29,108 bases of DNA from Archangiaceae bacterium (GTDB lineage: Bacteria; Myxococcota; Myxococcia; Myxococcales; Myxococcaceae). Position numbers and translations under genes: made by a program. The notes under the pieces are model-generated. The model worked only from the letters and a program-made list of their open reading frames with translations, searched no databases and had not been told where the DNA came from. The stretch spans positions 1-29,108 of the forward strand of contig JAYVCD010000284.1 in NCBI GenBank assembly GCA_043750125.1, given 5' to 3'. Positions 26,405-29,108 of this stretch are shown here, in pieces (the stretch's first letter is position 1; the number at the start of each line of letters is the position of its first letter).

Positions 26405-26450
26405 GAGACTTGCTCTCGTTCGTCTGATCCAGACGCGCGTCAGTGACCTG

Positions 26451-26488
26451 GGGAGGTTGGCGTCGGTTGCCAGCCTCCCGTTTTGTTT
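26451..26488 (+). terminator. Intrinsic terminator after rpsU
   Basis: Stem GGGAGGTTGGC (26451-26461) / GCCAGCCTCCC (26469-26479) with one G-U pair, followed by GTTTTGTTT. Confidence 0.85.
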
Positions 26489-26515
26489 ACCCGTATACCC
26501 TGGAGAAAAGACCCC

Positions 26516-26971
26516 ATGGCCACCCTCAAAGAGCGCATCGACGCTGACCTGAAAGACGGGATGCGAGCGCGGGACGAGCTGAAGGTTTCGGTGCTGCGGC
26601 TGATGAAGAGCACGATCAAATACAAAGAAGTCGAGCCGGGCGCCTCGCTGCTGGACGACGCGCAGATCCTCGGGCTGCTGGCGACGATGGTGAAGCAGCG
26701 TCGGGAATCGATCGAGCAGTTCCGCGCGGGAAACCGGGTGGATCTGGCGGAAAAAGAAGAAAAGGAAATCGCGGTGATCCAGCTGTACATGCCGCAGCAA
26801 CTGACGGCCGCCGAGCTTTCTGCCGAGGTCGCAAAGGCGATCGTCGAGGCCAAAGCGACGGGCGCGAAGGACATGGGCGCGGTGATGAAGGTCGCGACTC
26901 CTCGGCTGAAGGGAAAGGCGGAAGGCAAGGCGATTTCCGAAGAAGTCAAAGCGCAGCTGGCGAAGCTCTAG
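26516..26971 (+). CDS. yqeY: GatB/YqeY domain protein
   Basis: ATG 26516 after GGAG; LKERIDADLKDGMRARD, VKQRRESIEQFRAGNRVDLAEKEEKEI, YMPQQL, KDMGAVMK. Confidence 0.95.
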   Translation: MATLKERIDADLKDGMRARDELKVSVLRLMKSTIKYKEVEPGASLLDDAQILGLLATMVKQRRESIEQFRAGNRVDLAEKEEKEIAVIQLYMPQQLTAAELSAEVAKAIVEAKATGAKDMGAVMKVATPRLKGKAEGKAISEEVKAQLAKL

Positions 26972-26991
26972 GTCAGAGGTCCAAGCGCCGC

Positions 26992-28755
26992 GTGATTCCC
27001 GATTCCAAGATCGACGAGATCCGCGAACGCATCGATCTGGTCGCCCTGATGGGTCGCCACGGAGTCGAGCTGAAGAAGTCCGGCCGCAGCTTCAAGGGCT
27101 GCTGCCCGTTTCATCAGGAAAAGACGCCCTCGTTCCACGTCTGGCCAGAAGAACGGCGCTTCAAGTGCTTCGGCTGCCAGGCCGGAGGCGACGCGTTCAG
27201 CTTCATGCAGCGGCTGTTCGGCAAGCCCTTCCTCGACACGGTGCGCGACCTCGCGAAGGACGCGGGGGTCGACCTGGACGAGGCGATTGATCCCGGGCTC
27301 AAAGAGAAGGCACAGATCAAAGACGCGACCGACGTGGCCGCAGAACACTTCAAATCGCGGCTGTGGGACCCGGTGGTGGGCGCACGGGCTCGGGAGTACC
27401 TGCTGAGCCGCGGTGTTACTGAGGACGTGGCGCGGGCCTTTGGGCTCGGCTGGGCGCCACTGGCCTGGACGGAATTGGCCGACAAGCTGCGCGAGCGAGG
27501 ACTCATCGCCGCGGCAGAGAAAGCAGGCCTGGTTTCCCCCCGGCAGCGTGGCGATGGCCACTACGACATGTTTCGCGGACGACTGATCATTCCCATTCGC
27601 TCACCTGAGGGGCGCACCATTGCTTTTGGCGGGCGGCTGCTCGAGGGTGACGACGGACCCAAGTACCTCAACTCGCGCGAGTCGAAGCTCTACAACAAGA
27701 GCGAGACGCTCTACGGCCTGGACCAGGCGCGTGACGAGGTGCGCAAGAAGAAGAGCGTGGTGCTGTGCGAGGGGTACTTCGACTGCATCGGGCTGCATCA
27801 GGCGGGGGTGAAGCACGCGGTCGCGCTGTGTTCCACCGCCCTGACCCCCGGGCACATGACGGTGCTCGCGCGCGCTGAGGCCAAAGAGCTGGTGCTGCTG
27901 CTCGATGGGGACGACGCGGGTCGAAAGGCGGTCGAACGGCTGGCGGGGCCGATGCTGGCGGCGGGCGGCTCGGCCCGGGTGGCGGTGCTGCCCGATGGAG
28001 AAGATCCAGACACCTGGGCGCGGAAGGTGGGCGCCGAGGCGGTGCAAAAGCTGATCGAGAAGGCTCCGACGCTGACCCAGTGGCTGTTCAACACCGTGCT
28101 CCCACAGGGACCCACCTCGACGTTCGAGGCCAAGATGGGCGCGCTGGAGCGGATCAAGCCGATTGCCGCAGGGCTCCCGGTCGGATTGATGCGGTCGGCG
28201 TTCTTCGGAGCCCTGTCGGGTCAGATGGGGTTGCCGGCGTCCGAGCTCGAGTCGGCCCTGAAGGGCAAGGTGGGCGCGGCGGTGAAGGCGGTTCCGAAGT
28301 CCGCGCCGGGCCTGGAAGAAAAGGCTCCCGAGCAGTGGGAGGCCCTGTTCGCCGCGGCGGTGCTGCGCGATGTGCGCCTGCTGAGCAAGGACACCTGGCG
28401 GGCGGCGGACGACCTGAAGCACACCGGGTTGAGGACCCTGATCGCGGCGCTGGCTTCGGGCCACTCGCGGGAAGACGCCCTTTACGAAGCAAGCGAGCCG
28501 GTCAAGCGGACGCTAGAAGAACAGGCGCTCCAGAAGTCCCTGCCTGAAGACGACCAGGCCCTGGAGCAGGCGTTCGTCACGGTGTGTCGAAGGCTGAAAT
28601 TGCGGGGAATCGAGGAGCAATTGACCCGAATTGCGAGGGAGCTGGCGCAGTCGGGCGGCTCTGGATCAGATTTGACGGATGAAGCGCGCGAGATGCTTTC
28701 GCAGCAAGGACAGCTGCTCGCGCTCAAGAGGCAGATTCAGGCTCAAAAACCCTGA
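26992..28755 (+). CDS. dnaG: DNA primase
   Basis: Zinc-binding CPFHQEKTPSF...CFGC, FRGRLIIPI, FGGR, PKYLNSRES, TOPRIM EGYFD and LDGDDAG. Confidence 0.98.
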   Translation: MIPDSKIDEIRERIDLVALMGRHGVELKKSGRSFKGCCPFHQEKTPSFHVWPEERRFKCFGCQAGGDAFSFMQRLFGKPFLDTVRDLAKDAGVDLDEAIDPGLKEKAQIKDATDVAAEHFKSRLWDPVVGARAREYLLSRGVTEDVARAFGLGWAPLAWTELADKLRERGLIAAAEKAGLVSPRQRGDGHYDMFRGRLIIPIRSPEGRTIAFGGRLLEGDDGPKYLNSRESKLYNKSETLYGLDQARDEVRKKKSVVLCEGYFDCIGLHQAGVKHAVALCSTALTPGHMTVLARAEAKELVLLLDGDDAGRKAVERLAGPMLAAGGSARVAVLPDGEDPDTWARKVGAEAVQKLIEKAPTLTQWLFNTVLPQGPTSTFEAKMGALERIKPIAAGLPVGLMRSAFFGALSGQMGLPASELESALKGKVGAAVKAVPKSAPGLEEKAPEQWEALFAAAVLRDVRLLSKDTWRAADDLKHTGLRTLIAALASGHSREDALYEASEPVKRTLEEQALQKSLPEDDQALEQAFVTVCRRLKLRGIEEQLTRIARELAQSGGSGSDLTDEAREMLSQQGQLLALKRQIQAQKP

Positions 28756-28851
28756 TGTTCATTGTTTGAACTTTTTGACCGTTGTGGAGTAACAGCCGCG
28801 GTTTCATATTTTGCAGAACCCTCCAGCGACCCATAGGCGGAACTAAGCACC

Positions 28852-29108
28852 ATGCCCACCAAGAGCATTAAGGCGAGCAAGGCTCTCTCCAAGAAGGACA
28901 AGGAGCTGAAGAAAAAGAAGAAGGGCGCGGAGCGCGAGGAGAAGGCGCGCATGAAGGCGCAGAACGACGCGCGTTCGGCGGCCGATGCGAAAGCGTATTC
29001 CGACGCGCAGGAAGCGGCGGCGATCGCGCGCGAGAAGCTCAAGAAGATGGGCAAGGGCAAAGGCGAGGTCGACTCGACCGACATCGAGGAGCAGGCCGAC
29101 GCGGCTGC
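28852..29108 (+). CDS. rpoD: Partial ORF, probably the N-terminal extension of the primary sigma factor RpoD/SigA
   Basis: Open from ATG 28852 to the window edge: MPTKSIKASKALSKKDKELKKKKKGAEREEKARMKAQNDARSAADAK... No sigma motif is visible yet; the call rests on rpsU-dnaG-rpoD synteny. Confidence 0.6.
   Translation, partial: MPTKSIKASKALSKKDKELKKKKKGAEREEKARMKAQNDARSAADAKAYSDAQEAAAIAREKLKKMGKGKGEVDSTDIEEQADAA

Noticed and set aside
28811-28835. Sigma32-like promoter TTGCAG-N13-CCCATA before the putative rpoD
   Set aside because: Weak match to consensus and very close to the start codon; not supportable from sequence alone.
1-29108. CRISPR arrays, tRNA/rRNA genes, IS elements, integrases, prophage genes
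   Set aside because: None seen by eye; intergenic spaces are short and lack repeat-spacer or cloverleaf patterns.

Overview
GC-rich window that, from gene content and order, most likely comes from a myxobacterium (Myxococcota; inferred, not checked). Left end (1-6151, minus strand): part of an atypical type III secretion cluster that mixes injectisome and flagellar features. In transcription order it holds a small helical protein, a Gly-rich protein with a needle/filament-like C-terminus, a TPR chaperone-like protein, a possible FlgM-like protein, a FliA/WhiG-type sigma factor, an SctI-like rod, the SctJ lipoprotein, a FliG-like protein and SctL/FliH (cut by the window edge). Next come a PadR regulator and a five-gene Lol/MacB-like system (ATPase, two FtsX-type permeases, LolA-like sorting protein, OM barrel). 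A minus-strand operon follows: Fpg/Nei glycosylase, PEGA-barrel, TPR protein, zinc-ribbon Ser/Thr kinase and LpxL-like acyltransferase. After that are an OM protein, a frameshifted small gene, a His-motif membrane protein, a TrmJ-like methyltransferase and a large PHP-type lipoprotein hydrolase. The window ends with rpsU-yqeY-dnaG-(rpoD). The most interesting signal is the T3SS block: it seems to encode a needle/filament subunit with chaperone, plus a sigma28/anti-sigma-like circuit and a matching candidate promoter, although related myxobacterial systems are described as needleless. All family calls come from motifs recognised by eye; no searches were run.
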